Assembly: GCF_950066645.1 (NCBI RefSeq)
Contig: NZ_CATMFB010000010.1
Location: 95,139 to 159,138, forward strand
From: an uncultured Thalassolituus sp.
GTDB lineage: Bacteria; Pseudomonadota; Gammaproteobacteria; Pseudomonadales; Oceanobacteraceae
DNA length: 64,000 nucleotides
Direction: 5' to 3'
The notes under the pieces are model-generated. The model made no database searches. It had not been told where the DNA came from and saw only the letters and a program-made list of their open reading frames with translations. Positions 19,560 to 28,517 of the stretch are shown here, piece after piece (position 1 is the stretch's first letter; each line of letters opens with the position of its first letter). Position numbers and translations under genes: made by a program.

Positions 19560-19712
19560 GCGGCTCTCTGTCGGTGCACGGGTCGCTACCAATGGACATC
19601 AGAGACGCATACAGAGGTATAGACAAGTATTGTGCCAGTCGCTCCCTATCAGGACGGACACTGACGACATTACCCTGAAATTCCCGGAATCAGGCGCAGT
19701 CTGTCAGATATT

Positions 19713-19913
19713 TCAGATATCCAGAACGCGGATCAGTACTTCTTTAATAATGAACCCCATCATTCCGACCCCAAGACCGATCAGAAGGATCATAGTGCCG
19801 AATTTTCCTGCACCAGAACGGCGCCCCAGATCAAAAATGATGAAAAACATAAACGCGATGAGTACGAACACACCGATGTACATACCCACTTCTTCAAAAT
19901 TCGCTAGGTTCAT
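19713..19913 (-). CDS. DUF2788 family small membrane protein
   Basis: FMFFIIFDLGRRSGAGKFGTMIL..GLGVGMMGFIIK. Confidence 0.85.
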   Translation of the reverse strand: MNLANFEEVGMYIGVFVLIAFMFFIIFDLGRRSGAGKFGTMILLIGLGVGMMGFIIKEVLIRVLDI

Positions 19914-20077
19914 AGCTCAAACCGGACAATAAAAGAACGAAGGCGCTATGGTACTGAAACTGCTTCTGCAGGGACAGCCAGGCCTCAGGAAACGGCGCTT
20001 TTTTTTGTGGGTGGTTTTTGAGTATCATTACCGGCCAACTCACCTCACACCAGAAAAATAACATTGAGGATATTGTC

Positions 20078-21079
20078 ATGCGTATGATCGCGGCCATGCT
20101 GGCCTTATTCAGCATTTCGCTCACCGCATATGGAAAGGAGCTTCCGCAGAAGACTTTCTGTGTGTTCGATCCCGTCGGCGCTAACGGCCCTGTCTTTATG
20201 CGTATGCAGGATTACAAGACCGCGGCACTCGCCTGGGGCGTCGAGGCCGAAATGAAGGCCTACACCAACGAGGCTGTCGCCATCGCCGACTTTCAGTCGG
20301 GCGTCTGCGACGCAGCGCTGGTCACTGGCACCCGGGTACGCCCTTTCAATGTATTTACCGGTAGCCTGGAAGCCGTCGGCGGCCTTACCAGCTATCAGCA
20401 GTTACGCGAACTGATCTCAATGCTGGCACGCCCGCAGGCAGCCAAGTACATGGCCGATGGCCGCTATGAGGTGTCAGGCATCATGCCCGGCGGTTCGGTA
20501 TATGTCTTCGTCCGGGACCGCGCTATCAACTCCGTGGAAACCGCTGCCGGACGTAAAGTCGCTACACTGGACTATGACCTGGCATCCAAAAAAGTCGTTG
20601 AGCACATCGGCGCCACTATGGTTCCGGCCACAGTTGCTACGTTTGCTCCCCGCTTCAATAACGGCGATGTCGACATTGCTTACGCACCGGCGGTCGCCTA
20701 CGAGCCTTTTGAAATGTACAAAGGTCTCGGCGAACAGGGCGGCATCTACCGTTTCTCGTTCGCGCAGATGAACTTTCAGCTGATTAACTACCGCGACCAG
20801 TTTCCTGCAGGATTCGGCCAGAAGAGCCGCGAGTATGTTGCCAGCGAGTTCGACAAAGGCATGGATCACATCCGTACCGCTGAGCAGGGCATTCCTGAGA
20901 ACTACTGGATAGACCTGCCGGATGAGCAGGAGCTGGAGTATCTGGACATGCTGGCAGGTATTCGCGACGAGCTTGCGTCAGAAGGAGTCTACGACACCCA
21001 GATGATGAAGCTGATGAAGAAGCTGCGTTGTCGCTCCAACCCGATGCACCACGAGTGCGCCTCTGACCTTCTCTTCTGA
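20078..21079 (+). CDS. Putative solute-binding protein (AdeT/DUF6091-like)
   Basis: Signal peptide; FCVFDPVGANG, YTNEAVAIADF, RPFN.FTGS, RKLRC..NPMHHEC. Confidence 0.75.
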   Translation: MRMIAAMLALFSISLTAYGKELPQKTFCVFDPVGANGPVFMRMQDYKTAALAWGVEAEMKAYTNEAVAIADFQSGVCDAALVTGTRVRPFNVFTGSLEAVGGLTSYQQLRELISMLARPQAAKYMADGRYEVSGIMPGGSVYVFVRDRAINSVETAAGRKVATLDYDLASKKVVEHIGATMVPATVATFAPRFNNGDVDIAYAPAVAYEPFEMYKGLGEQGGIYRFSFAQMNFQLINYRDQFPAGFGQKSREYVASEFDKGMDHIRTAEQGIPENYWIDLPDEQELEYLDMLAGIRDELASEGVYDTQMMKLMKKLRCRSNPMHHECASDLLF

Positions 21080-21082
21080 GCC

Positions 21083-22195
21083 ATGCCCGCCGACTTTGAT
21101 ATCACAATCATTGGCGGCGGTGTTATCGGGCTGGCCTGTGCCCGCGCACTGGCCAGCGACGCGAGTGTGCTGCTGGTCGAACAGCATGCTTTATTCGGCA
21201 GCGAAACCAGCTCCCGCAACAGTGAAGTAATACACGCGGGGCTCTACTACCCCAGCGGTTCTCTGAAGGAGCGTCTGTGCATTCACGGCCGTGAAGCCCT
21301 CTACAGGTACTGCGACACCGCGGATATTCCCCACAGAAAGACCGGAAAGCTGATTGTGGCGCCCTACCGGCACCATCCGGAACTGGCGCGTCTGCAAACG
21401 AAAGGGGCTGCACTGGGCATCCCACTGCAGCGCCTTGATGCGACCTCCATTCGTGAGCTTGAGCCTCTTGTCGAGGCGCAGGAAGCACTCTATTCGCCAG
21501 AGACCGGGATCATCGACAGCCACCTTTATATGCAACGACTGGCTCAGGATGCTGAGCGTCTGGGTGGCGTTCTGATGAAACAGACTGGCTTCGTCTCTGC
21601 CCATCCTGAAGAAAGTCACTGGCGGCTGTCACTGAACACCGACGATGGCCTCTGCAATATCACCAGCAAAAAGATTATCAACGCCGCAGGTCTGCACAGC
21701 CACAGGGTCGCCCTTGCCTGTGGAACGCCTTCAGGACAGCTACCTCCCCTGTATTTCTGCCGCGGTCACTACTTCAGTTATCAGGCCAAAGCGCCGTTTC
21801 AGCACCTGATCTACCCACTGCCGGAGAAAAATCTGGCGGGCCTGGGCATACATGCAACACTCGATCTGGGTGGTCAGGTCCGGTTTGGCCCCGATACGGA
21901 ATACCTTAATACGACAGAAGCAGACTACTCCGTATCACCGGCACTCAGAGACCAGTTCGCGAGTGCTGTCAGATCGTACTTTCCTGCACTTGATGCTGAG
22001 CAGCTGCAACCCGCCTATGCAGGCATCCGCCCCAAGCTTTCCGGGCCTGGCGAGGCTTCCGCCGATTTTGCACTGATCGTCGATGAACGTGACGGCATCC
22101 CTCCCCTGCTGCACCTGCTGGGGATAGAAAGCCCAGGCCTGACAAGCTCTCTGGCCCTGGCAGATGAGGTTCGTCAGCGCCTGATTACAATGTAA
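21083..22195 (+). CDS. FAD-dependent oxidoreductase, L-2-hydroxyglutarate oxidase-like
   Basis: GGGVIG, ETSSRNSEVIHAG, GIHATLDL.G..RFGPD, GIESPGLTSS. Confidence 0.85.
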   Translation: MPADFDITIIGGGVIGLACARALASDASVLLVEQHALFGSETSSRNSEVIHAGLYYPSGSLKERLCIHGREALYRYCDTADIPHRKTGKLIVAPYRHHPELARLQTKGAALGIPLQRLDATSIRELEPLVEAQEALYSPETGIIDSHLYMQRLAQDAERLGGVLMKQTGFVSAHPEESHWRLSLNTDDGLCNITSKKIINAAGLHSHRVALACGTPSGQLPPLYFCRGHYFSYQAKAPFQHLIYPLPEKNLAGLGIHATLDLGGQVRFGPDTEYLNTTEADYSVSPALRDQFASAVRSYFPALDAEQLQPAYAGIRPKLSGPGEASADFALIVDERDGIPPLLHLLGIESPGLTSSLALADEVRQRLITM

Positions 22196-22383
22196 TCAAC
22201 TTTTTTGTAACAGACTGTGCAGGCAAATTACAAAGGGACTACACTGTAATGAATTGAAGTCAGGCGCGGACTGATAAGTTTTACAATTGTTCACTATAAA
22301 ACGCAGTCCGGATACTGGCGGTAAGGGATTAACTGCTAATCTGAAAGTACGTTCAGAAAACGAGAAAGAATAAAGGGCGAACC

Positions 22384-22629
22384 ATGACTCAAGCGATGCG
22401 ACTCACAGCAGAATCAGATCACGACTTCAGTACCATCCTGTCCGATCGTGCAATGATTCCGGTCACCTGTGATCACTGTGAAAAAGATACCGACGTAAGC
22501 CTCGAAACACTCAAGAGTACGAGTACCGTAATGTGTGAACATTGCTACCACGTACGTCCCTTTTCCAATGCCGAACTGCAGGTTCTGACTACGGTTCTGC
22601 AACGCGTTGGATATCGCGTAACGGCATAA
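22384..22629 (+). CDS. Small zinc-ribbon protein (CxxC...CxxC)
   Basis: CDHC-x18-CEHC; AAAGGG RBS. Confidence 0.65.
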   Translation: MTQAMRLTAESDHDFSTILSDRAMIPVTCDHCEKDTDVSLETLKSTSTVMCEHCYHVRPFSNAELQVLTTVLQRVGYRVTA

Positions 22630-22726
22630 CCAGCGCTCCGACAGCGGCATACGGGTGCCATGAATCCGGCGTGAGCGGCAATAATCGTCACCACGCCCGT
22701 TCACCCCGGATGAATTTTCTCAGATA

Positions 22727-22739
22727 AATCAATAACTTG
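22727..22739. promoter_or_regulatory. IHF binding site
   Basis: AATCAATAACTTG matches WATCAANNNNTTR exactly, just upstream of a sigma54 promoter. Confidence 0.6.
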
Positions 22740-22745
22740 AGAGAT

Positions 22746-22761
22746 TGGCACAGAGCCTGCA
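22746..22761 (+). promoter_or_regulatory. Sigma54 (-24/-12) promoter
   Basis: TGGCACAGAGCCTGCA, GG-N10-GC spacing. Confidence 0.7.
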
Positions 22762-22788
22762 ATCCTACTGATAACCAGGAGAATTGCT

Positions 22789-23247
22789 ATGCTGCTGAAC
22801 GCTCTGACCAACTATCTGCAGAATCAGCCCGCGACCACCGACGCTGCAGCGGGGGCCGCGCAGGCGCCATCCGCCGCTGACCCCGTCAAAGAAAGAGACC
22901 CTGCCGCAGACAGCGGTCCGTCACTCTACGAAGTGTCAGACCGGGCTGTGATGGTCAGCGCCGTGGCGGCCGATTTTGATGTGACTGCGCTGAAAGCCGG
23001 AGAACTGGGCTCATTCCAGTCCAGGTTGCAGGAGTTCGGACTGCTTCAGGGGGCAGGGCTCAATGCCCTCGGCATGGTCCACACGGCGCGGGCCGGTCTC
23101 AGCGACTCAGATACCATTAACGCTATGGCACTGATAGACGATGCCCGCAGCACCGCGGTCAGCGAAGGTGCGAGTTATACAAGGAAGCAGCAGATCAGTC
23201 AGCTGCACACCCTCTTCAGCAATCTCGCATCAGCACGTCCTCACTGA
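22789..23247 (+). CDS. Hypothetical protein, no signal peptide, low-complexity N-terminus
   Basis: CAGGAG RBS; Ala/Pro-rich linker, then YEVSDRAVMVSAVAADFDV. Confidence 0.7.
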   Translation: MLLNALTNYLQNQPATTDAAAGAAQAPSAADPVKERDPAADSGPSLYEVSDRAVMVSAVAADFDVTALKAGELGSFQSRLQEFGLLQGAGLNALGMVHTARAGLSDSDTINAMALIDDARSTAVSEGASYTRKQQISQLHTLFSNLASARPH

Positions 23248-23295
23248 CCGCACTGGCATGGTACACTGGCGTCTCTGTTCTTACTGGAGACATTT

Positions 23296-24042
23296 ATGCG
23301 CCACGCTGTACTGGCCTTCCTTCTGCTTCCCCTTACTCAGGCTCACGCCATCACCAATATTGAAGAAAAACGCCGCGACCAGGACGCCGATGGCTGGCTT
23401 AATTCCGTTGCCGCAGGCTTTGATGCTGAGTCAGGTAATACGAAAAAACGACTCTGGAATGTCGGCCTGAATACCAGCTGGCAGAATCAGGATCACCGTG
23501 TGTTCGGATGGTATACCCGGACCTATGAGTCGATTAACGATGAACGCGCCAGTGATGACACCTTCGCGCATCTCCGTTATGTGCGCCATCACCGTGAATT
23601 CTTCGGTCAGGAAGCTTTCCTGCAGTACGAGCGCGATCCCTTCGCTTCCCTGCAGTACCGTTTTCTTGCCGGTGCTGGTGTCCGCCTGCAGAAACGCTGG
23701 GAAAGCGGCACTCTGGTGCGCCAGGGCGTCGGTTTTTTCCATGAGCAGGTAAAAGAAGATGGGGGAGATGGCAGCTACACCAATCAGCTGACGCGCCTGA
23801 ACCTCTACACCCACGGAGAAACTGCGCTGGGCTACAGCGATCTGCTCGCGACCGTCTACCTACAGCCGTCTGTAGACGATACGGACGATGTCCGCGCGCT
23901 CGCGCGTTTCACTCTGCGCATTCCTGTCAGCAAACAGACAGATCTGCGCTGGCAGTGGCAGAGCCGCTGGGACAGCATGCCTCCGGAAGGCGCTGAGCAC
24001 CACAACCATCAGACTCAGCTGGCGGTCAGCATTCGCTTCTGA
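23296..24042 (+). CDS. DUF481 (YdiY-like) outer-membrane beta-barrel
   Basis: Signal peptide, SGNT near the N-terminus, alternating beta pattern, C-terminal Phe. Confidence 0.8.
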   Translation: MRHAVLAFLLLPLTQAHAITNIEEKRRDQDADGWLNSVAAGFDAESGNTKKRLWNVGLNTSWQNQDHRVFGWYTRTYESINDERASDDTFAHLRYVRHHREFFGQEAFLQYERDPFASLQYRFLAGAGVRLQKRWESGTLVRQGVGFFHEQVKEDGGDGSYTNQLTRLNLYTHGETALGYSDLLATVYLQPSVDDTDDVRALARFTLRIPVSKQTDLRWQWQSRWDSMPPEGAEHHNHQTQLAVSIRF

Positions 24043-24501
24043 TTACGCCGGAAAAACGGCGTCGGTCCACTCTTTCAGCCAGAAAAGTGCGTCCACTTCC
24101 GGTGTCCGGGTTTCTGTTGCATCAATAGTGACCCGCGGCACCGGCGCCCGCCCCTGTAACTCACAGAAACGCTCTTCCATCAGCGCGCCACCCTGACAGA
24201 AAGTACGGTCATGTGAGCTGTCGCCCAGACTGATGACACCAAAGGGGCGGCCATTCTGCAATGGCGACTGCGACTTAAGATCATCATAGAAAGGCACCAG
24301 ATTACCGGGAAGCGCTCCCTTGCCGGTGGTTGACGTCACGATCAGCACGGCATCCCAGGCGCCATCGTTCAGCGCGGTAACGGACGCATCACTGTCAACC
24401 ACGGCCTCATGGCCATCTTTTACCAGTTGTGCTGCGCACGCCTGCGCTACGGCCGTCGCAGTACCTCTGACGGAACCCACCGGTATATATACTTTTGCCA
24501 T
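24043..24501 (-). CDS. Flavodoxin (MioC/YqcA-like)
   Basis: GSVRGTA, TSTTGKGALPGN, LGDSS..TFCQGG. Confidence 0.88.
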   Translation of the reverse strand: MAKVYIPVGSVRGTATAVAQACAAQLVKDGHEAVVDSDASVTALNDGAWDAVLIVTSTTGKGALPGNLVPFYDDLKSQSPLQNGRPFGVISLGDSSHDRTFCQGGALMEERFCELQGRAPVPRVTIDATETRTPEVDALFWLKEWTDAVFPA

Positions 24502-24604
24502 AACCCCTCCGAGAAAGGTGCGCAGTATACCAGCTGCGCGCAGATTCGCTGGAAGGTGCTTAACTTATAGACACAAAGCAGCACTGCAGGCGGTTGATAT
24601 TGCT

Positions 24605-25468
24605 ATGACCAGTTCGACATTCGGACGCATTGAAATCTGGATAAACCGTACCCTGATGCGGGTAGTGCCCACCTGGTATGCCGCGCAGATCATACGCACC
24701 ATTCCTATGCCCGCGTTTGGTGTAATCAACCCTGCTGACGTCAATGCCGGGCAATGGCTTAACCTGAGAGCCCATCTCCTTCATGCTGCAAACCACCTTG
24801 AGGCTTCGCCCGGTGCCTGGAATGTTCTGGCAAAGGACCTGAAACGCCTGCTGAGTCTGAAAGAGCTGCAACGCCATGTGAGCCTCAACCGCCTGAACGG
24901 CATCAGTGGAATGACAGAAAAAGAGGGCGAATACGCCTCATTGCGCGACTGGGTGCTGGCACAATCTGACCTTGGAGAACCAGAATCGGCGGATGAGTTC
25001 GATCAGGCCGTTCATGCCTTCAATACCAGTGATGCTGGTGCACTCCCACTGATCTACCGGGAATGGGACGGGCGCATGTACAGTACCGCTCGCGCCAGAC
25101 TCCCTGAAATCGGGTCTCTCTATCGCTATGCCATGACCCACGGACGCGATATCAGTGCCCGCTGCGCTCTGACACTGGAAACGGTTAACCCCAAAGTGCT
25201 CGAGCACATCCGCGGTAACTACTGGTGGTTTATCATGCACAGAAAGAGCGCCATTCAGGTCGCGAGCCTGCTGGAGGACTGTGGTTTCCCGGCAATTTCT
25301 GTTACCGCTCTGCCCGGTCGCCCCGATATGGCTTATCTGTTTACCACCAAAGTAAACCGTAAGCTGAACCGGGTCGTACTCAATCTAATGACCCATCACG
25401 CCAGCAGTGGCCTGACGGAATTCGGACGCTACCTGAGCCGTCACAGGTACAGCTTCCGCAACGGCTGA
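24605..25468 (+). CDS. Hypothetical protein (possibly DUF6685-like)
   Basis: ATG 24605 within ORF 24320..25468; EWDGR motif. Confidence 0.55.
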   Translation: MTSSTFGRIEIWINRTLMRVVPTWYAAQIIRTIPMPAFGVINPADVNAGQWLNLRAHLLHAANHLEASPGAWNVLAKDLKRLLSLKELQRHVSLNRLNGISGMTEKEGEYASLRDWVLAQSDLGEPESADEFDQAVHAFNTSDAGALPLIYREWDGRMYSTARARLPEIGSLYRYAMTHGRDISARCALTLETVNPKVLEHIRGNYWWFIMHRKSAIQVASLLEDCGFPAISVTALPGRPDMAYLFTTKVNRKLNRVVLNLMTHHASSGLTEFGRYLSRHRYSFRNG

Positions 25469-25632
25469 TACATACTGTTACAATCTGATCTGGCGTTAAA
25501 TGCCCTGTTTATTGTAACGTTGTGGCGGTATCTAACACGCTTCTGGTATTCTGGTGACATTTTATGACTGTCACCTGTAGCCGCAGTCTGCGATTCAGCG
25601 ATTGCTCCACATAACAATAAACTGGACAACCA

Positions 25633-26658
25633 ATGATTAGAGGCACCTGGAGTCTTACCGATCCGCTCGTACCGGTGAACATCCCGGCGACTATGCTTAA
25701 GGTCGGCGAAGAAAAAGGCGTCAGCAGAGAAGATCTGCTGAAGAACACGGGCATCAATGCAGATGTTCTCAGTGATCCGTCTGCGCGTCTGACCTATCAG
25801 CAGCTGTTGTTTCTGGCAGAAAACCTGATTCGCCATTACCCGGACGACAGTGTCGGACTTGATCTTGGTGCAGCCATCAATATCAATCAGTTCGGCATGC
25901 TGGGCTACGCCGTACTGAGTTGTGCCGATCTGCGCAGCGCGCTTGAACTGGGAATCAAATACCATACTCTGGTCGATCCGGCGTTTACCTTTGAAGTCGT
26001 CAATATGGGCGATAAGTCAGCGGTACGTCTGACCAGCCATATCCCCTTCGAGCATATCTATCGCATGATCTGCGATGTGTTCGTGGCTGCTTTCTCGACG
26101 CTGGCGCGCTTCCTGACCGGCAAATACGAAGCACAACCCATTGAAGTTCACCTGAATCATCCGGAACCGGCCTACGCCGAGCGTTACCGCGAATACTTCG
26201 ACTGCCCGATTCTGTTCGATCAGCCACGCACCGAATTCGTGGTTGAGAACGAAGTTCTGGATTTCAAACTGGTCATGGCTGACCGGGCAACCGCAGCAAT
26301 GGCAGAAAGCCAGTGCGAAGAGATTCTCGCCCGCATGGGGCCAAAAGAAGGCATCATCGCTAAGGTCCGCAGAATTCTGCTCAGCAACCCCGGCCACTTC
26401 CCCCCTGTCGACGATGTTGCCAGTCAGCTGGCGACCTCAACCCGGACTCTGAGCCGGAGCCTGCAGGACGTGGGCACGTCTTACCAGCGGATTCTGGATG
26501 AAGTGCGTAAGGAAATGGCCATCGAATACCTGCGCAACTCCAATCTGCCAATTGAAGAAATTGCGGCCCTCGTCGGCTACAGCGACCCGTCCAATTTCCG
26601 CAAAGCCTTCCGCCGCTGGACACAGAACGCCCCTTCGTACTACCGCGACGAGAAATAA
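25633..26658 (+). CDS. AraC family transcriptional regulator (N-terminal arabinose-binding-2 type)
   Basis: FGMLGYAVLSCADLRSAL; C-terminal IEEIAALVGYSDPSNFRKAFRRWT. Confidence 0.9.
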   Translation: MIRGTWSLTDPLVPVNIPATMLKVGEEKGVSREDLLKNTGINADVLSDPSARLTYQQLLFLAENLIRHYPDDSVGLDLGAAININQFGMLGYAVLSCADLRSALELGIKYHTLVDPAFTFEVVNMGDKSAVRLTSHIPFEHIYRMICDVFVAAFSTLARFLTGKYEAQPIEVHLNHPEPAYAERYREYFDCPILFDQPRTEFVVENEVLDFKLVMADRATAAMAESQCEEILARMGPKEGIIAKVRRILLSNPGHFPPVDDVASQLATSTRTLSRSLQDVGTSYQRILDEVRKEMAIEYLRNSNLPIEEIAALVGYSDPSNFRKAFRRWTQNAPSYYRDEK

Positions 26659-26673
26659 TCTCCTGCCATTATT

Positions 26674-26698
26674 CTGTGGCACCCAGCGGGTGCCACAG
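26674..26698. terminator. Perfect 11-bp hairpin after araC (possible terminator)
   Basis: CTGTGGCACCC-AGC-GGGTGCCACAG; no U tract. Confidence 0.45.
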
Positions 26699-26705
26699 TC
26701 GCCTC

Positions 26706-26756
26706 TGGTCATCATAGCTTCACTGCAATGAAACATATGTGTCACATTGCAGGCAC
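26706..26756 (+). promoter_or_regulatory. Phased Pho box-like array upstream of GT4-PAP2
   Basis: GTCAT (26708), TTCAC (26719), GTCAC (26741), GGCAC (26752), all on an 11-bp register. Confidence 0.55.
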
Positions 26757-26768
26757 AAAGTAGATGTC

Positions 26769-27989
26769 ATGAATACGGTAAAGACCAGAACCATGGCATC
26801 AGAATTATCCCGCGTCTGTATTGTGACCGAAACCTATGCGCCCGAAGTCAACGGTGTTGCTCATACCCTCTCGACCCTGGTCAATGGGATGCGCGACCGG
26901 GGAATTCAGGTTCAGATCATCCGGCCGCGTCAGAACAAACTTGATAAAGATGACGACTTCACCCTGACCTTGCCCGGCCTGCCAATTCCCGGCTACCCGG
27001 AGCTTAAATTCGGGCTCCCCTACTACCGTCGCGTACTGAACACCCTGACCCGGTTCCGTCCCGAGGCCGTGTATGTGGCCACCGAAGGGCCACTCGGATG
27101 GGTTGCAACCAAAGCCGCTGAAAAACTGGGGATCCGTGTCATCAGTGGATTCCACACTAATTTTCACCAGTACGGTAAGCACTACCGGATCGGCGCACTC
27201 GAAAACCTTGGCTACCGCTATCTGCGCTGGTTTCACAACACAACCTCCGCAACGCTTGTTCCTACGTCAGCCCAGGCCAGTGAACTCACTGCTCACGGTT
27301 TCGAGCGTGTGCGTGTGATGGCCCGTGGAGTAAACAGCCGTCAGTTCTCCCCTGATCACCGCAGCCCTGAGTTACGTGCCGGGTGGGGGGCACAACCGGA
27401 AGATCTGGTACTGCTCTACGTTGGCCGTATCGCTGCCGAGAAGAATCTCCAGCTGGTACTGCGTACCTACGAACAACTGCGTTCGCAGGATGACACGGTC
27501 AAGCTGGTGCTGGTCGGCAATGGACCAGAACTTCAGGGCATTCGCGAACGCCACCCCGAAGTGATCTGCGCAGGAGTGCGACGCGGTGAAGAGCTGTCCC
27601 GTTTTTACGCCAGTGGCGATATTTTTCTGTTTCCGAGCCTGACCGACACCTTCGGCAATGTCGTCACTGAGGCGCTCGCGTCGGGCCTGGGCCTGGTTGC
27701 CTTTGACTACGCCGCAGCCCATGAACATACCCAACACGAGAAAAGTGCCATGCTGGCCAGTTTCGGTGACGAGAAAGCCTTTATCCGTCACGCCGCCTCC
27801 CTGCTTGAGCGCCCGAATCTGCTGCGCACTATCCGCCTGCAGGCCAGACAACTGGCCTGCACTATCTCCTGGGACAGCATTATTGATGAGTTTACGCAGC
27901 ACCTGAGTGCTGCCCGGACTGAGGTAACTGAAAATGGATTTAATGAAACAGCGTCAGGCAAGAGCCGAGTTTCTGTTCCGCAGAGCTGA
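26769..27989 (+). CDS. GT4 glycosyltransferase (Agt-like, putative glycolipid synthase)
   Basis: IVTETYAPEVNGVA, FHTNFHQY, YVGRIAAEKN, DTFGNVVTEALASGL; start 26769 or 26793. Confidence 0.9.
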   Translation: MNTVKTRTMASELSRVCIVTETYAPEVNGVAHTLSTLVNGMRDRGIQVQIIRPRQNKLDKDDDFTLTLPGLPIPGYPELKFGLPYYRRVLNTLTRFRPEAVYVATEGPLGWVATKAAEKLGIRVISGFHTNFHQYGKHYRIGALENLGYRYLRWFHNTTSATLVPTSAQASELTAHGFERVRVMARGVNSRQFSPDHRSPELRAGWGAQPEDLVLLYVGRIAAEKNLQLVLRTYEQLRSQDDTVKLVLVGNGPELQGIRERHPEVICAGVRRGEELSRFYASGDIFLFPSLTDTFGNVVTEALASGLGLVAFDYAAAHEHTQHEKSAMLASFGDEKAFIRHAASLLERPNLLRTIRLQARQLACTISWDSIIDEFTQHLSAARTEVTENGFNETASGKSRVSVPQS

Positions 27990-28515
27990 TCATTTCGAAC
28001 TCAGCGTCTGCCAACGTCTTAACCGCATGGGCCACCAGCGTGCGATCCGCCTGTTTTTTAAAGGCGTAAGCCGACTGGGGGATGGTGTCTTCTGGTATAC
28101 CCTGGCTCTGGCACTGCCGCTGCTGGCAGGCACCGAAGGACTGCTGGCTCTGGCGCACATCACTGTGACAGGCCTGTTGTGTCTGTTGATTTACAGCCAG
28201 TTGAAAAACCGCCTGGTTCGCCAGCGTCCCTTTATTTCATTTCCGGATATTCACGCTCATACGGCGCCGTTAGATAAGTACAGCTTTCCATCAGGGCATA
28301 CGATGAATGCCGTTAACTTTGCTGTACTGTTCAGCTGGGCATACCCACCCCTGATGTGGATCGTTGTTCCCTTCGCAATCCTTGTCGGTCTGTCGCGCGT
28401 CATCCTTGGAATGCACTATCCGACCGACGTTACTGTTGGGGCGGCCCTGGGCTTTACCCTGAGTTATGGCTCTCTGATCCTGTTTCCACTTGGCATATTT
28501 GCCGGCCTGATCTGA
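27934..28515 (+). CDS. PAP2 family phosphatase
   Basis: K....RQRP, YSFPSGH, SRVILGMHYPTDV. Confidence 0.92.
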   Translation: MDLMKQRQARAEFLFRRADHFELSVCQRLNRMGHQRAIRLFFKGVSRLGDGVFWYTLALALPLLAGTEGLLALAHITVTGLLCLLIYSQLKNRLVRQRPFISFPDIHAHTAPLDKYSFPSGHTMNAVNFAVLFSWAYPPLMWIVVPFAILVGLSRVILGMHYPTDVTVGAALGFTLSYGSLILFPLGIFAGLI

Positions 28516-28517
28516 GT

